Shown: in pieces, positions 1 through 12,619 of the stretch | Layout of the letters: every line of letters starts with the position of its first letter | Position numbering within the stretch: position 1 is the first letter of the stretch | Source: Octopus vulgaris | Lineage: Eukaryota | Reading direction: 5' to 3' | Length of the DNA: 64,000 bases | NCBI GenBank assembly: GCA_951406725.2 | Contig: OX597819.1 | Span: 98,580,001-98,644,000, forward strand | The notes under the pieces: model-generated | What the model saw: only the letters and a program-made list of their open reading frames with translations | What the model was told of the DNA's origin: nothing | The model's database searches: none | Position numbers and translations under genes: made by a program

Positions 1-269
1 TCTTGAAATCTTGTTCATTTCAAGTGGGATTTGATATTTGGAGAGATTCTTAGCCATAATAACCTTCAGGCCGTGTCTCTTTTCACGTATTCTCTTTCAC
101 ACACACTCACACACACTTTCTCCGCTATGGTCACTAATAGAAACCCCGTGGTAAGGTGAGACGTCCACAATCTACACACTTTACTTCCAAGCACTGCTAT
201 AAGCAACGGAAGTGAGCGAGCAAGTTATAACTTAGTGTACACCAGACCTCTTACATTTAATACGACAAT

Positions 270-1985
270 GTGATTAAGTTTTTGTACAAAATCAGTATTT
301 CTTTTCTGTATTTTGCCAGGTCCAGGGATTGCCTTTATAGTTTACCCAGAAGCACTTTCAACTTTACCCTTTGCTCAGATCTGGGCAGTAATGTTTTTCG
401 CAATGCTGGTGTTTGTCGGCTTAGACAGTCAGGTAAGTATTCGTTGGTCCGTTAATTTCGACCAGTTTTTGCGCCTGCGTTTACTTTGACCATTAACAAA
501 TATATGCAATGGGTCAATCTCATATCCAATCAGCTCTACATGTTTATTTGATTATCAGCCGCTCCTCTATTACTGATAGTAAATGCATCTGACGTTGAAA
601 ACAGTGGCGTAAAAGTTTCTTGAAGATTTTTTGGATCTTCTTTCCTTTTTTCCAAGCGTTTTGATCCAAAAGAAACGAGGTACAATTCTTTCGGAAGAGG
701 ATTAGTTTTCGCTTATTTAATTTTGAAGCTTTTCAATACTTCTTAGAAGGGCGAACCTTCATCATATATACTGATCGTAAGCCGTTGACTTATGCATAGC
801 AATCTAAGACTGATAAATACTCTCCTCGAGACATCAGGCACCTTGTTCATACCTTGCAGTTTACTGTAGATATTCGTTATATCAAGGGTGCTGATAATTT
901 TGTCAATGCTTTGCATTTCGCCGATATTATTTAGTTGGAAAGGATTGTTATGCATCAAAAAGAACAAAGAACAGTTACCACAACTCTAGACATAGAGTCA
1001 TCTTCTCTTGATTTTCATATATTATTACTGCATTCCTATATGGTGTGATGTTTCTACTAGATTTTCTAGACCGTGCGTCCTTTAGAATCATAGACGAACC
1101 ATCTACTCCACTTTCCATAATTTATCTCATCCGAGTATTTCGGCAACAGCGAAATTAATTTCAAATCGTTTTGCTTGGTCTAGTATGCAGAATGACATTC
1201 GTAATTGTATATCCTGCCAAAAGCCACGATTAAGCCCTCGTCAAAACACCGCTTGGCATCTTTGCGACTCTTGACGCTCGTTTTGAGTAGATCTACGTGG
1301 ATATCATGGATTCTCTTATACCAGTTCAGGGTAAAATTATCTTTTGACCTATACAGGACCGTTTTTCCAGATGACCGGAAGCCATACCGATTAAAGACAT
1401 TTCATTCCTCTATAGTTGCCAATGATAATAATGATAATAACGACCAACAGAGTCCGTCAGTTCTAATTCAGTCTTTTCTCTGACCTAACCCGTTAGGTAC
1501 GCGTCAAATTTGCACTCCAGCTTACCGCTTCATGGAATGATAGAACGTTTTCATTGACAGCTTAAAGCAGATTTACGAGCACATATCGATTCGGATAGAT
1601 GGTTAGAAGCTCTGCTGGCTGTGTTACTAGATTTATGTACTGTTGTTAAGGAGGACCTACGTTACTCCTCAACTGATATTGCTAACAACTACTCAACAAT
1701 ATGATCCCACCAGCTATATTCATCGGCTACGAAATTACATGGCGGAGTTAGCTCTATCAATAACGAGACTGCAGTCGATTAAAACTTTCGTTCTACTCGA
1801 TATCAGTAGATGGACTCATGTATTTACACGCAACGATGCAGTTAAGCATCCGTTGCAGACAGTTTATTCCAGCCGTACCGTGTGTTAAAAGTTAAACCAT
1901 AGTATATGGTTTTGGACATCTAAGGGCGACAGGAGACTGTTGATCGGTTGAAGCAGGCTTTCGTTGAGCCTATTTCGCTACTACA
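270..1985 (+). mobile_element. Degenerate Gypsy/Ty3 LTR-retrotransposon pol relic (RNase H and integrase fragments)
   Basis: Broken frames give Ty3-like motifs: 'NASDVE..G' and 'FSKRFDPKETRYNSF' (RNase H region), HPSISAT (integrase zinc-finger region) and 'IERFH*QLKADLRA' (integrase core, ~1540-1580). Many stops and frameshifts. Confidence 0.65.
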
Positions 1986-3428
1986 ACACTCCTCTTTTTC
2001 TTCCAACCCGTATCTCGTTCCCAGTATGTAATTATTGCTGGTGTTATTTGTAAAAGGCCAACGCAGTTTGTTTTTATGTGCGATAATAAAATCTGTTAAA
2101 TGCTTGCGGGTGTTGTTCATTTACTTCTACATGTAGCCCCCAAAACATTTTCATTCACCAACTCAACCAGTCACTACAACAGATTAGCTCAAGAACCTTC
2201 ATATTTGTACATCATAAGTACACGCATATTTGTAAATTATTTGCAGGGCAATAGCTGTGCATATACGTTTTTACAAAAGTATTGCACAACTAACAATTTT
2301 TTTAAAAGCAATATCAAATTTCTTAGAGGGGACATTATTAATTATTTGTACCAATGAGCTTCACCTTAACAATAATTCGCTGGAAGATTTACTATTAGGC
2401 TGACTAAACACCTAGCATTCTTTTTACACAGGCTTCACCTTTCCTTTTTGTTTGTTACTTCTACAAATTCAACACCCACCCTTCACTCCTCTCTTAATGT
2501 TCATGTTTACTATTTCAACTCACAATGTCTCCCCTGTACCAAATTACTCTATAAAGAAAATATCATTTCATCAAATACCTTTGCAGATGTTAGTATCGTT
2601 GAAACTTACAAGTAATCAAACCAGTTGTAATAAGTATTTTAACTGCACAAGCAATATTGAATCTTTTAGTTTATTTAACGTAATTAAGTACACAAAAATA
2701 TAAACTATACGGCATATAGAGCTAGAACAATCAATAAATGACACAACATATTCTTCTCAGGGAGAGAGAGATTCCTTCTAGAGAAAATCTGGAGTAAGTT
2801 TAGACAGGATGCAAGTGATGTGAAGAAATCCGAAAACATGCAGCATCAATTTCAAGACCCTTGCAACTGATTCAAAAACTTCAAGAAAAGAACACACCGG
2901 GAAGCGATTTTACTGTTGGACACTACCTACAAAAATTTGACTTACCATTGGAAATACTTTTTCAACCTTTACTAGCTCGTTCTCAATGGATACATAAACA
3001 TACCAAGCTAGATGATAGAAACGAAACTGATACCCCCAAAAAAGCAATGTCTTTACTGATTTCATTCAAAATATAATGTCTGAACCTACTCCTCTAAGAT
3101 CACCGTGATAGCAATGGTATCATCACTTGAATAAGTAGTTGAGAAGAAAGGAGTTTGGAGATTAGGTAAAGAACTTTTTGTTCTCTCCGCCTTACTCTAA
3201 CAACCGTGGTGATAGACACACACACACATATATATATAGATGCTTATACCACACACCTATGTGTGTCTCTATATAAATATATATGCAAATTTCCTATTTC
3301 TGCTCTGTGTCTGTATGTGATTGTCTGTCCGAGTAGGGGCGTATGCGCGCGCGCGTATCCATATGTTTGTATATATATATATATATATATACACGCACAT
3401 GGATACAAACACACACGCACGCACACAT

Positions 3429-3504
<76 letters not shown>

Positions 3505-3960
3505 TTGAAAGTCTATGAGAATGACTTAATAGTTTTTGAAGTGTAAAGGTGATTTTTCTAAAAAAAAATTATTCTTTTAAAAGATGTCATCTAATCTGTT
3601 ATGAGGATGTTACTAACCCTTTTTTGGATGAAGTTTTTCCTAATGTGTGGCGCGTCTACTCATACATTTCTACTTGCCTTTCTTCCCTTTTAATTCTACA
3701 TTAAGCGCGTTCGTATATTTGCATCCTTTTTTTCAACCTGGGACAGAACTTTCCGTACCCATCGACATAAACTTTCTCACTCATAACGCCTGTATGTTTT
3801 GAAAATGCAACTTTCCTAAATAAAGTGCATTTCATATTCAAGGCTCTGATGATGTTATAGAATGTTATCATTGTTACCCATTTAAGAGTCCAGGACATCT
3901 TAGAGTAAAAACAGCTGTTTTTTTCCCGTGTCGTCTCTTTATTTTCCTCCCTGTCATTCT

Positions 3961-4031
<71 letters not shown>

Positions 4032-4293
4032 ACACACACACTCATACATAATCAATTTAAAATAAAATAAGGCAAAATTGATTTCCAGATTCGTACCTTG
4101 GGTGGTTTAACTTCATTTCCTTATGCTTTAATTTCAAATCCGCTCCCAGGTTGATTAAAATAAGAACCAGTAACAAGGTTGATGTAATCAACCATGACTC
4201 CTACTTGTTTATAAAGTTAAATCAATAATGCCTTGTAATAAAGCGATATTAAAAGGATGTTATCAAAGTCTCAAGTATCATTTTCTCTTTCAG

Positions 4294-4425
4294 TTTGCCC
4301 ATGTTCAAGTGATGGTTACTGCCATTACAGACGCTTTCCCCGAAAAATTTGGTAACCGTCAGACTTTTATAACTGGGATTGTCTGTTTGCTTAGTTTTAT
4401 TTTCGGAATTACCTGTGTAACGGAG
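4294..4425 (+). CDS. SLC6 transporter gene 1, internal exon (end of TM8 to TM9)
   Basis: ttttctctttCAG| acceptor and |GTAAGA donor; 132 bp, phase 0-0; FAHVQVMVTAITDAFPEKFGNRQTFITGIVCLLSFIFGITCVTE matches the SLC6 'F..vE..vTai.D.fP' to TM9 pattern. Confidence 0.9.
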
Positions 4426-4614
4426 GTAAGAGACGTCGGTAGATTTAATAACAATTCTTAACTCACATTTATTGTTACATATTGCAGCTGGTTAAAATCT
4501 TTTTTAAATATCAGTAGCATTTTGATAAATTTGTATTTCAGTTCTTAGAGGATCTCATATTATTCCATACACCATTTTGCATACAAATATCTCAAATGTG
4601 AAAGTACGTCATTT

Positions 4615-5090
4615 CAGACCGACAAAGACATAATTTCTGATGGTATCTCTTTCATTGCCTTCAAACGTTGCACCCCAGAGCTAGCACCTTTGCTCATAAA
4701 AATCTTCAATCTGTCCCTCTTTACAGAGAACTGCCTTGGTTTTAGGTAACACATCACTATGAGTCCCATCTCTAAGACAGGCAACCTTTCTGCCAAATAT
4801 CAGCTTGTTAGAATCAGCCTCTCCTAATATCTCTAAAATTATAGACAGACTACGATGTCTTTCATACCTCGAATCTCTCGCTCTGTCACTCTCTCTCTCC
4901 TTTATGGTTTTCATAAAGCTCGATCCATTGATGACGGGTTCACGTCTGTCAGCTATCCATTGGCTCTTATCCTGGATGAATTAGGAATATTGTCGCCCTC
5001 GGCATTAGTAAAACTTACCACTGTGTCTGGCATGCAAATCTTGTATCAGAACGACCTATCTGTTGGGCCTATCCACCATTTTTAGAGCCT
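4615..5090 (+). mobile_element. Decayed non-LTR (CR1/L2-like) RT fragment in an intron
   Basis: Translates in part to 'DGISFIAFKRCTPELAPLLIKIFNLSL', typical of the N-terminal RT region of CR1/L2/Jockey elements; heavily disrupted. Confidence 0.45.
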
Positions 5091-6114
5091 TCTAGGCTTG
5101 TACAAAAATAGGGAAGAAGTTATTGTCAGATCTGAGACTGAATTGAGGGTTTACAGTGTAGTTAAGCCGAGGCGACAGATTAAATTCTATAGCAGAAACG
5201 GTCTTTTCCTCATAGATTCCATTTCCAAAATTTCCTTGGCAAGTCTTTGATCGATCTGAGACTGTGGAAAAAAATAATCGTTCAAGATGTTGCACAATGT
5301 TATGGAAACCAAAATTTCACGTTTGGAAAGCGAATTATCACATAAATCCCGAATGAGAAATGCCTAAAGATTTGCTTCGAATCTACTTAGTTTGATTTCA
5401 GCCCTGCACCACTATGCTTTGGATGTCTTCTACCATCGTGTCTGGTCGATTTGAGTAACGCGATTAAAATTTGATAGACAGAATCTCTGCAGGAGCTGCA
5501 CTCTTCATCATTCTCTGAAAGTCTGTAAACAGCCACCTAAGTCATGTCAATAGAAAATGTAGGACGAACCCTAGATGGATATTTTGCTATACTGCTATAC
5601 TATTGGTAGTAAATTGGTAAGGATAGGTAGATAGAATACTTTGTGGTATTTGTTGTGACTTTCTACATTTTCAAATCAAATCCTAAACTGTCATGCTTGT
5701 TTATAGTCATTTATTTCTTGCGTTCTGAGTTGAAAGAATTGGAAAGGTGCATCATATATGATACATAGATGTCAGAGAAAATATGACCTGTACATCACAT
5801 ATGATACACAGGGGAAGCAAAATGTTAAACAGAATCCACTCTTCCCTCTATCCGAACAGGTCTTCGGTTTGGGGAAGGTATCCTCAAACGAAGGATCTGT
5901 TGAGATTGAGGGAAGAAAGTGTCCTTTCTCTCTCACCGCAGGCTTGGCGACCCCGCGAAAAAGTATGGGCTCTACCTTCCCTCTTGAATAAAAGTTTTGA
6001 AAAAAGTCTTTATAATTCGACAGTATTGTTAATGTTTGCTAATATGTGAAGTGTTGCTAAATATGTGAGTCACTGGAGTCACTATGTTACTAATGTGTTG
6101 CTATATATTTCTAG

Positions 6115-6214
6115 GGAGGACTCTACGTCTTACAAATAATAGACTGGTACTGTACTAGTCTTTCTCTGCTGTTGATATTGTTTGTAGAAATGGTTGGAAT
6201 TATCTGGATTTATG
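6115..6214 (+). CDS. SLC6 gene 1 exon (TM10)
   Basis: tttcTAG| ... |GTAAGA; 100 bp, phase 0-1; GGLYVLQIIDWYCTSLSLLLILFVEMVGIIWIYG is the canonical SLC6 'GG.Yv.qL.D.Y ... E.i.i.W.YG'. Not in the ORF track. Confidence 0.93.
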
Positions 6215-6299
6215 GTAAGATCACCCTCCTCCTTCTCCTTTTCATCATCATCATCATCATCATCATCGTCGTCATCGTCATCGTCGTGGTCGAGGTCGT

Positions 6300-6458
6300 A
6301 GTGGGCAAAATGCTTCGCGGCGTTTCATCCGTCTTTACATTCTGAGTTCAAATTCCGCCGAGGTCGATAAATCAAGTACCACTTGAACAATGTGGTCGAT
6401 GTAATCGACCTGCCGTTGCCCCGAAATTGCAAGCCTTGTGCCAATATTTGAAACCAAC
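6300..6458 (+). mobile_element. SINE-like repeat, family C (other copies ~48165-48370 minus, 60970-61180, 61437-61640, 62322-62550)
   Basis: Shared core 'ttctgagttcaaattccgccgaggtcga ... aagtacc ... ggtcgatgtaatcgac' recurs across the window. Confidence 0.7.
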
Positions 6459-6549
6459 ATTAATAGACAATGTATTATAAGAGAACCGTATATAGTTGGA
6501 TTAGTAATATAATTCTATAAAGGACATTAATATTTTTTTTTTCTTGTAG

Positions 6550-6650
6550 GAGCGAAAAGACTAGAAAACGATATCAGCCTAATGTTGGGTCGAAGACCTT
6601 GGCCAATTTGGAAACCTTTCTGGGTTATCATCGATCCGCTGTGTGTACTA
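6550..6650 (+). CDS. SLC6 gene 1 exon (IL5 to TM11)
   Basis: ttcttgTAG| ... |GTAAGT; 101 bp, phase 1-0; (G)AKRLENDISLMLGRRPWPIWKPFWVIIDPLCVL matches SLC6 'DI..MlG..P...Wk.cW....P'. Confidence 0.93.
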
Positions 6651-6899
6651 GTAAGTTTTCTATTAATCACATCTGTTTTAAATCCCTGTTCTATATATAA
6701 ATTATATATCTTTTGTATATAGTTTCTGGATCAATTTAGTTTAGCCTCCGAACACGGTCCACCTTTGGTATTGGTGTTAAATTTACCTTTGAATTGATGC
6801 ACGTGATAAATAATCCGTGTGGTTGTGCACTTGTGTATCTGTATGGTGATACATGATTATAACAATAAGACGTAATATTACATTACATTTCTTTTACAG

Positions 6900-7070
6900 G
6901 GTCTCTGGGTATTGAGCATAATATCCTTCAAACATTTGACTTACGGTGACGGGTCTATGTTTCCCAAGTGGACCAACTATACAGGTTGGGGTATTGCTCT
7001 ATTTACCATCCTTCCGGTGCCAATATTGGGTACGGTAGAAATCATGAAGCACAAAGGATCTTTTCTCAAT
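6900..7070 (+). CDS. SLC6 gene 1 exon (EL6 to TM12)
   Basis: cttttaCAG| ... |GTAAGT; 171 bp, phase 0-0; GLWVLSIISFKHLTYGDGSMFPKWTNYTGWGIALFTILPVPILGTVEIMKHKGSFLN. Confidence 0.93.
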
Positions 7071-7163
7071 GTAAGTTATCATTTGACACATCTTGTTACT
7101 TATAATTTCTCATTGATGAAATTTTGCATTAGAAAATAAAGCGTGTACAGGGCTAGTTGACCA

Positions 7164-7314
7164 GAGGAATGACCACCAAGGTGGATTCCTACGTTAGAAG
7201 ACGCTAAATCGCCTTATAACGAAGAATGTGTTCTCAAAAAATTTCAGCAAATACCAGAATGAAAACGAGCAAGACAAATGAAAAGATAGGTATCCACCTT
7301 CGTGGTCATTCCTC
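7164..7314. repeat. 28-bp inverted repeat (7164-7191 / 7287-7314; 26/28 identical; 95-bp loop)
   Basis: Left arm gaggaatgaccaccaaggtggattccta; reverse complement of right arm gaggaatgaccacgaaggtggataccta. Confidence 0.9.
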
Positions 7315-8088
7315 CTATATTTGCATGTAATAAAATTTTAAATCTTCAGATTTTTTAAGTATGCTAGATCATTGGTTTAAATTGATATTAATTAATGAAT
7401 ATTAATTTCTACCCTCCATGTTCTGTCTGAACATTTTGGTAGAGCACTGACGGACTTTTCCTTTCTTTGAGCTCTCGCCAATGTCCACCTATACGCTCTC
7501 CTAGGTGAACATTGGCGAGAGCTCAATGAAGGGAAAAGTTCGTCAGAAACAGAGATAGATGTATAAAAAAAATTAAGTGAATAAATAAACATAGATATAG
7601 ATAAATAAATATATAAAAACGTGTAGTAAATAAACAAACGACCGTATACTAAATACTCAGGCAAACAGAAAGCATAGAAGATTACCAATTCTTCATCAGT
7701 TATCGGCCAGAGGGTCATACGCAATTTCAGCCATTATCAACAATATTGCTTCCCTTCGGGAGGCACCAACAAGAAACTTGCTGGGAATGGGACCAAAACA
7801 TAACAAAATGAGATGGGCTGGAGATGAGACCGTTAGTGGACGGACGAGGGACAAGACAATAAACAGAATAAAGGCTTAGGGCCACACGAAGACAATAATT
7901 AATAATGATAATACATAAGACAAAAGTGTGTAACACGAAGGGCAAGTGAAAACTGTCCCAAAGGACTATAGTCACAGGTGGGGTAGGGCGAGGAGCTGAT
8001 GAAATCGTGTCCAGTGCAGTCAAAGGTAACGCGAAAAAGAATGACACCACCTTAGGTCGTCACGGATCACGTGATAGTGGAAGGAGGG

Positions 8089-8129
<41 letters not shown>

Positions 8130-8130
<1 letters not shown>

Positions 8131-10360
8131 GAGTAGTTGAATGAATTATCTTATTATGGATAATTCGGTTAACCGATACCTGGGTAGCAAATTCACGTCA
8201 GAAAAACACGGTTGAAGCTACATGCCTAGGGCAGAGATCACGTGCTATCGTGTGGAAATTTGTGTGTTTTTTTAAAATACAAATAAATGAAAGAATGGAG
8301 TTGAACGACGAATTAACAAAATTCCTTTATTTTCGACATATGTTTCGAAGGCTGCATATTCCTAATTTCGAAGGAATAAGGGGTGCATTATGCTGCCTTC
8401 TCATCAGGAAAAACAAGGAACTTATGTCAGCATCAAGATGCACAAAAGCTTTTAGATGACTGCCCACACGGAGCCCATAGCGATAATGAGTGTTTCTTTA
8501 AAATATTTCGTTATAAGCAGTGACGTAAAAAATGGTTGAATGTAGAAGATTCTAGAAGGTTCAAGGGTTCAAACAAGGTTGGAGGAGAGAGACCTAAGAA
8601 TAGGAAGGTGAAAGGGTGCAGGTCATATGAATGGTGATTTTGTTGTTTTCTTTTGTTGTGCCTATGTGTGTGCATGTATATAACTGCATTAGTGTGTATG
8701 TGTGTGTATGTGTGTGCGTGATTGTGTGTGTGGATGGGTAGATGTCAACAACAGACAGTGGTGAAGTGACAGGTTTGTGTCTGTGTGTTTGATTGTGCTT
8801 ACGATAGAGAGAGGGAAAGAGAGAGAGAGAGGAGGGCGAGTTAGAGAGACAAAGGTAAAACATACCTCAATGGATTGGGTAGTAGTCCTTCAAAAGTATA
8901 AAAATTGACTATGGGGGTGATATATAAATGGGACTATATTATTAAAATTCAAGGAGGTTATCTATATTAATCATTATTCATATGAGTGAAAGGTGTGTTT
9001 TTGCCAGTGCATGCACCTATAGGATTTCTCGACCATTGTATTTATTAAAGGGACTTTGGCGAACAACATATGGAAAAGTTCGGAATTACAGACGCCACAA
9101 AATTTTCTGCCCTTATCAAACGGAAAGGATACAGACAATATGGACCATTCCAGCTTGAAAGTTGTATTGCTGTCCTTAAGACGCCAGACTAATTTACTTA
9201 GTCCTGTGCTGTGTTGTTTTCTCTTATCTCGGAAAGTTGAATAATGATTGGAGATCCTTTGGGCTAATTTAGAAGTAGTTACCCCAATGTAGAAGAAGAC
9301 ATCGGTACCGGAAGAAATTTTGCACTGGTAAATGGAATTTCTAATTTGGAATTGCTGGATAAGAACTTTAATCTGTTAGGGTTTACCTCCGAGACTAAGA
9401 CGGAGTTTTTATTGTTATGATTGGTGTTAATATTATTGCTAGCATTGACCACAATACTATTCATATTATTATCATTACTATTAATTGTACTATCGTCGGC
9501 AATTTCCCTGACAATAGGAATGCTGGGGTTGTTATCATCAATACTACCACTGTTATTAGAAATGCTGTCGTTATTACCACTAACACTACCACTGTTAATA
9601 ATCGACTAATATTATTATTAATATTACTATTGTTAATGCCAACGCTGCTATGAATGTTGCTATTATCAATACTATTTCTATTATTATTATTATTGCATGT
9701 TTGGTTGGAATTGGTAAGGGCAGTGTCGCTACTCCAGGATGATGAGTCCTTATTAAGCAGCTTGTTATTATGGGAGGCAATGATCTTCGATAGATTTCTA
9801 GTGTTGGAGAATGCAATACTTACCTTATGCGAATTGATAGTAGAGTAATATCTAAAATTCCTGGGAAAGTTCCTAGCTATGGCTTCACGGAACTGTAAAG
9901 GGAGGTTAGACCTGATTTGTTTCCCGAAAGGAATGACAAACCATATATAGTTTTTTTTGGACTTAGAATAGTTCAGAGTGTTACCATTTACATTAAAGGT
10001 AGTATTTCTGTGTTGGAGAATTGGTGTTGGTTTCCGATTGCCTCCCCTGGTCCGTAAATTATTTTTGTTAAGTATATTGGTGTCGACGTTGTTAGGGCTG
10101 AAATCATTATTTACATTATTTCTATTGTTATTAGTTTTCTTATCCTGAGAAGCATATATCGATTTAGAATGGGCCGGGTCGATATATGATACCTTATCTC
10201 TATAACCGGCTTTTAACAAGACGGTGTTATAAAATTCCGCTTTTTGGTTAAAGATGTCGACATTAGCAGATAAATTTGATAGTCTTAAGGATATATTTTT
10301 AACTAAATTATCGGTGATAGTCTTGGCATGGTTACTGGAAATGCTGATATATTTAAGTAT
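8130..10360 (-). mobile_element. 5'-truncated Penelope-like element (probably Naiad-type): RT C-terminus, GIY-YIG endonuclease and pLTR, in the last intron of gene 1
   Basis: Minus-strand 'YIWFVIPFGKQIRSN...VSIAFSNTRNLSKIIASHNNKLL', then after frameshifts 'SIYQCKISSGTDVFFYIGVTTSKLAQRISNHYSTF...SKLVWRLK...EWSIL...CGVC...CMH'. A hammerhead lies downstream; flanked by (TA)n and (TATG)n. Confidence 0.85.
8323..8420 (-). ncRNA. Type I hammerhead ribozyme in the PLE pLTR
   Basis: Minus strand: ttccttgtttttc-CTGATGA-gaaggcagcata...tatgcagccttc-GAAA-catatg-TC-gaaaataaaggaa. Intact core, stem I 11/13 bp, long stem II, palindromic stem III (ACATATGT), GUC cleavage triplet. Confidence 0.88.
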
Positions 10361-10456
10361 GCATGTATATATGTATGTATGTATGTATGTATGTGTGTTT
10401 GTGTGCTGGCGTGTATTAATGGAATAAAATTTTAGTTTTGGTTTTATTTCTTGCAG

Positions 10457-10570
10457 AGACTAAAGCAAAGTGTAGAGCCAACCATTGAGTGGTGTCCAGC
10501 AAAGTCAAGAGTTGATCTCAAGATAAGTATCTCCAAGCCTGAAGACGAAGTTGACAGCCATCTTTTGTAA
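10457..10570 (+). CDS. SLC6 gene 1 terminal coding exon (cytoplasmic C-terminus)
   Basis: ttttatttcttgCAG| in phase 0, matching the donor at 7071; RLKQSVEPTIEWCPAKSRVDLKISISKPEDEVDSHLL* fits SLC6 'Rl.....P...W.P'; AATAAA at 10748. Confidence 0.82.
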   Translation, partial: RLKQSVEPTIEWCPAKSRVDLKISISKPEDEVDSHLL

Positions 10571-10919
10571 AACCCCCTTGTATCTATGAAGTTATTATTT
10601 ATAATACATGAACTGTAAATATTTTAATATTTAATGGCTAATAATGTTATAGACGCCATTTCATTAAACTCTAAGATCGTAATGAAATATGAAGAGCGAA
10701 ACCCACAACTACAGAGGAAGGTCATTCACATGTCAAGCTAAAAGACAAATAAACTATTTATATATGAAACTAGCATGCAAAAGAGTTCGAGCCATTGTCA
10801 TACTTAAAGAAGAATGTAATGATGGCAACAAACAATAAAAGTATAAAAATAAAGAAAAATAAAGAAAACCTACTGATGTGTTGCTTTCTTGAGAGTAGTA
10901 TAACCTAGAACATTGCATT

Positions 10920-11900
10920 CTTTTAGCAACACAGTTACGCTTGCTTTTATGCTCCTTTTGTGCTAGCTTATTGCACTCGCCTGGAAGATGATTAATACTT
11001 TCGACCACTTTTCCACACATCCTGTGTTTGCTCCGTGACAGTTTTATCAATCTTTGTCTTAATCAAATTCATTCTGAAAGCTTGCTCATGAGCAACTAAA
11101 ATTAGCGATTCAATTTCTCATGATAAGGATTTATCTGTTAAACACAACCAGCTTTATTTCCAATATTCCAAGTTTACAGCATGAATTAGTAATGAAACTA
11201 TTAGCAATGAAACTATTTTCTTTTTGAAGGTATTTTTTCTATCGGGTTTTCTTTTTAAAGATCTTTTAGTTTCTGCGAGTTCTTTGATATTTCTAGCTGC
11301 AGATAATAGTCTTCCCTCACTATGCACAACATAGTTTTTCAAATCTAGTATCCCGGCAATGATGGTATTATGCGTTGGGAACAGCTTTCTAGTTCTATCC
11401 AATTCCTGTAGTTCTGTCTTTATGCACAGTAAAAGGTAGGCCCGGGTATCTCAGTTCTGGTGTGACCCAGTGATAGTGTTAATAACATTTCCTCTAGTTA
11501 GTTTCATTTCAATCACTTTCCTAACGTCTCATACGTTTTGCAGATTTTTTCCATCTCATTTCTCTTTCCACTATTGTATCATCTTGTAGCATCTCTAAGT
11601 ACTTGAAGCTTTCCTTCTCTTTCAGTGATATCATGATATCGTTATCTTTAATCCATCAGATTTAATCTTTCAACCTCACTTCATAAATACTGCACACTCA
11701 TTCACCTCAAACATTATACCAGTATCCTTTCTAAATATTCCTACAGTCTGGAGAAGAGAATTCAATTTTAGTGTATATTTTGAAGTCATCCATATATAGG
11801 CAGAGGATTTATTGATCACTTTTCTTTTTAGCAAGCTCATAAATATGTCTGGATTTTTGTCAGTATGCTTATCAAAGGAACCAACATTATCACCAAAAGT
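10920..11900 (-). mobile_element. Degenerate R4/Dong-like (restriction-like endonuclease) LINE relic; partial copy at ~33840-34200
   Basis: Minus-strand 'YMDDFK' RT motif (~11790) and 'RMCGKVVESINHLPGECNKLAQKEHK' CCHC-region motif typical of R4/NeSL-group elements. Confidence 0.6.
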
Positions 11901-12619
11901 ATTTCAGTTGGGTCGTTTGCGATTTGTAAATATTTAGTAGTTGTTTAGGAATGACATATTTCCTCACTCTGAAGACAAAAGCCAGTTTTCATGATGCAAT
12001 TTTGGCTACGTTGAGGAATTGTTTTCACTAGGAGAGATTCTAGATTAATCGTGAAAGATAGCGTCTGGAATGTCTTTGAGAAACTTATCCGTACGACGAT
12101 TATAAATAGAGCGGGATCCAAGAAAAAATTCTCGAATCTTACAGTGATTGAGATTTTGGTGAAGGAGAAAGTGACTGGCCTGATACTATTAACAGGGAAA
12201 GTGGTGTTTGGGGTGCATTAGATCTGATAGAATCTGTGCTAGAAAGATCCCCTTCAGTACATCCTGCGACAGTGAAGTCTAACAGGAAGACATCGATACA
12301 AGAGACGACAGATGAACGGAGGTTCCCTCGGTATGTATTTTCCTAGGAAATTTGCGTACCAGACACGATTATTATCGAGGGAAACAACACCGCTTTCATA
12401 AATTTTTCAATGGAAAGAAAGTACGGATAGGTGATATTTTAGAGGGCGATTTGAAGATTTTCCGATGTTAATGGGCTTCGCTAATCTCATAGAGTATTCC
12501 CTGTTTGCTTTCAGAGATTTTTGTCGGATATAACGTATACAAGATCTGCTTGTAAGGGAGCTCTGACTGCTTTACAAATTTGTTCATGAATGTATACATT
12601 GTATTCATATCGTAATATT

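Noticed and set aside
7154-7172. A-to-I stop-codon recoding rescuing the 7133 exon
   Set aside because: Editing TAG 7154 or TGA 7170 would not fix the frame offset between KIKRV and PPRWIP; only a weak GAG acceptor (7167) is in frame.
9000-10360. Selenocysteine-encoding Naiad-type PLE (reported in some invertebrates)
   Set aside because: I saw no in-frame TGA at conserved Cys positions and could not identify a SECIS; the disruptions look like ordinary frameshifts.
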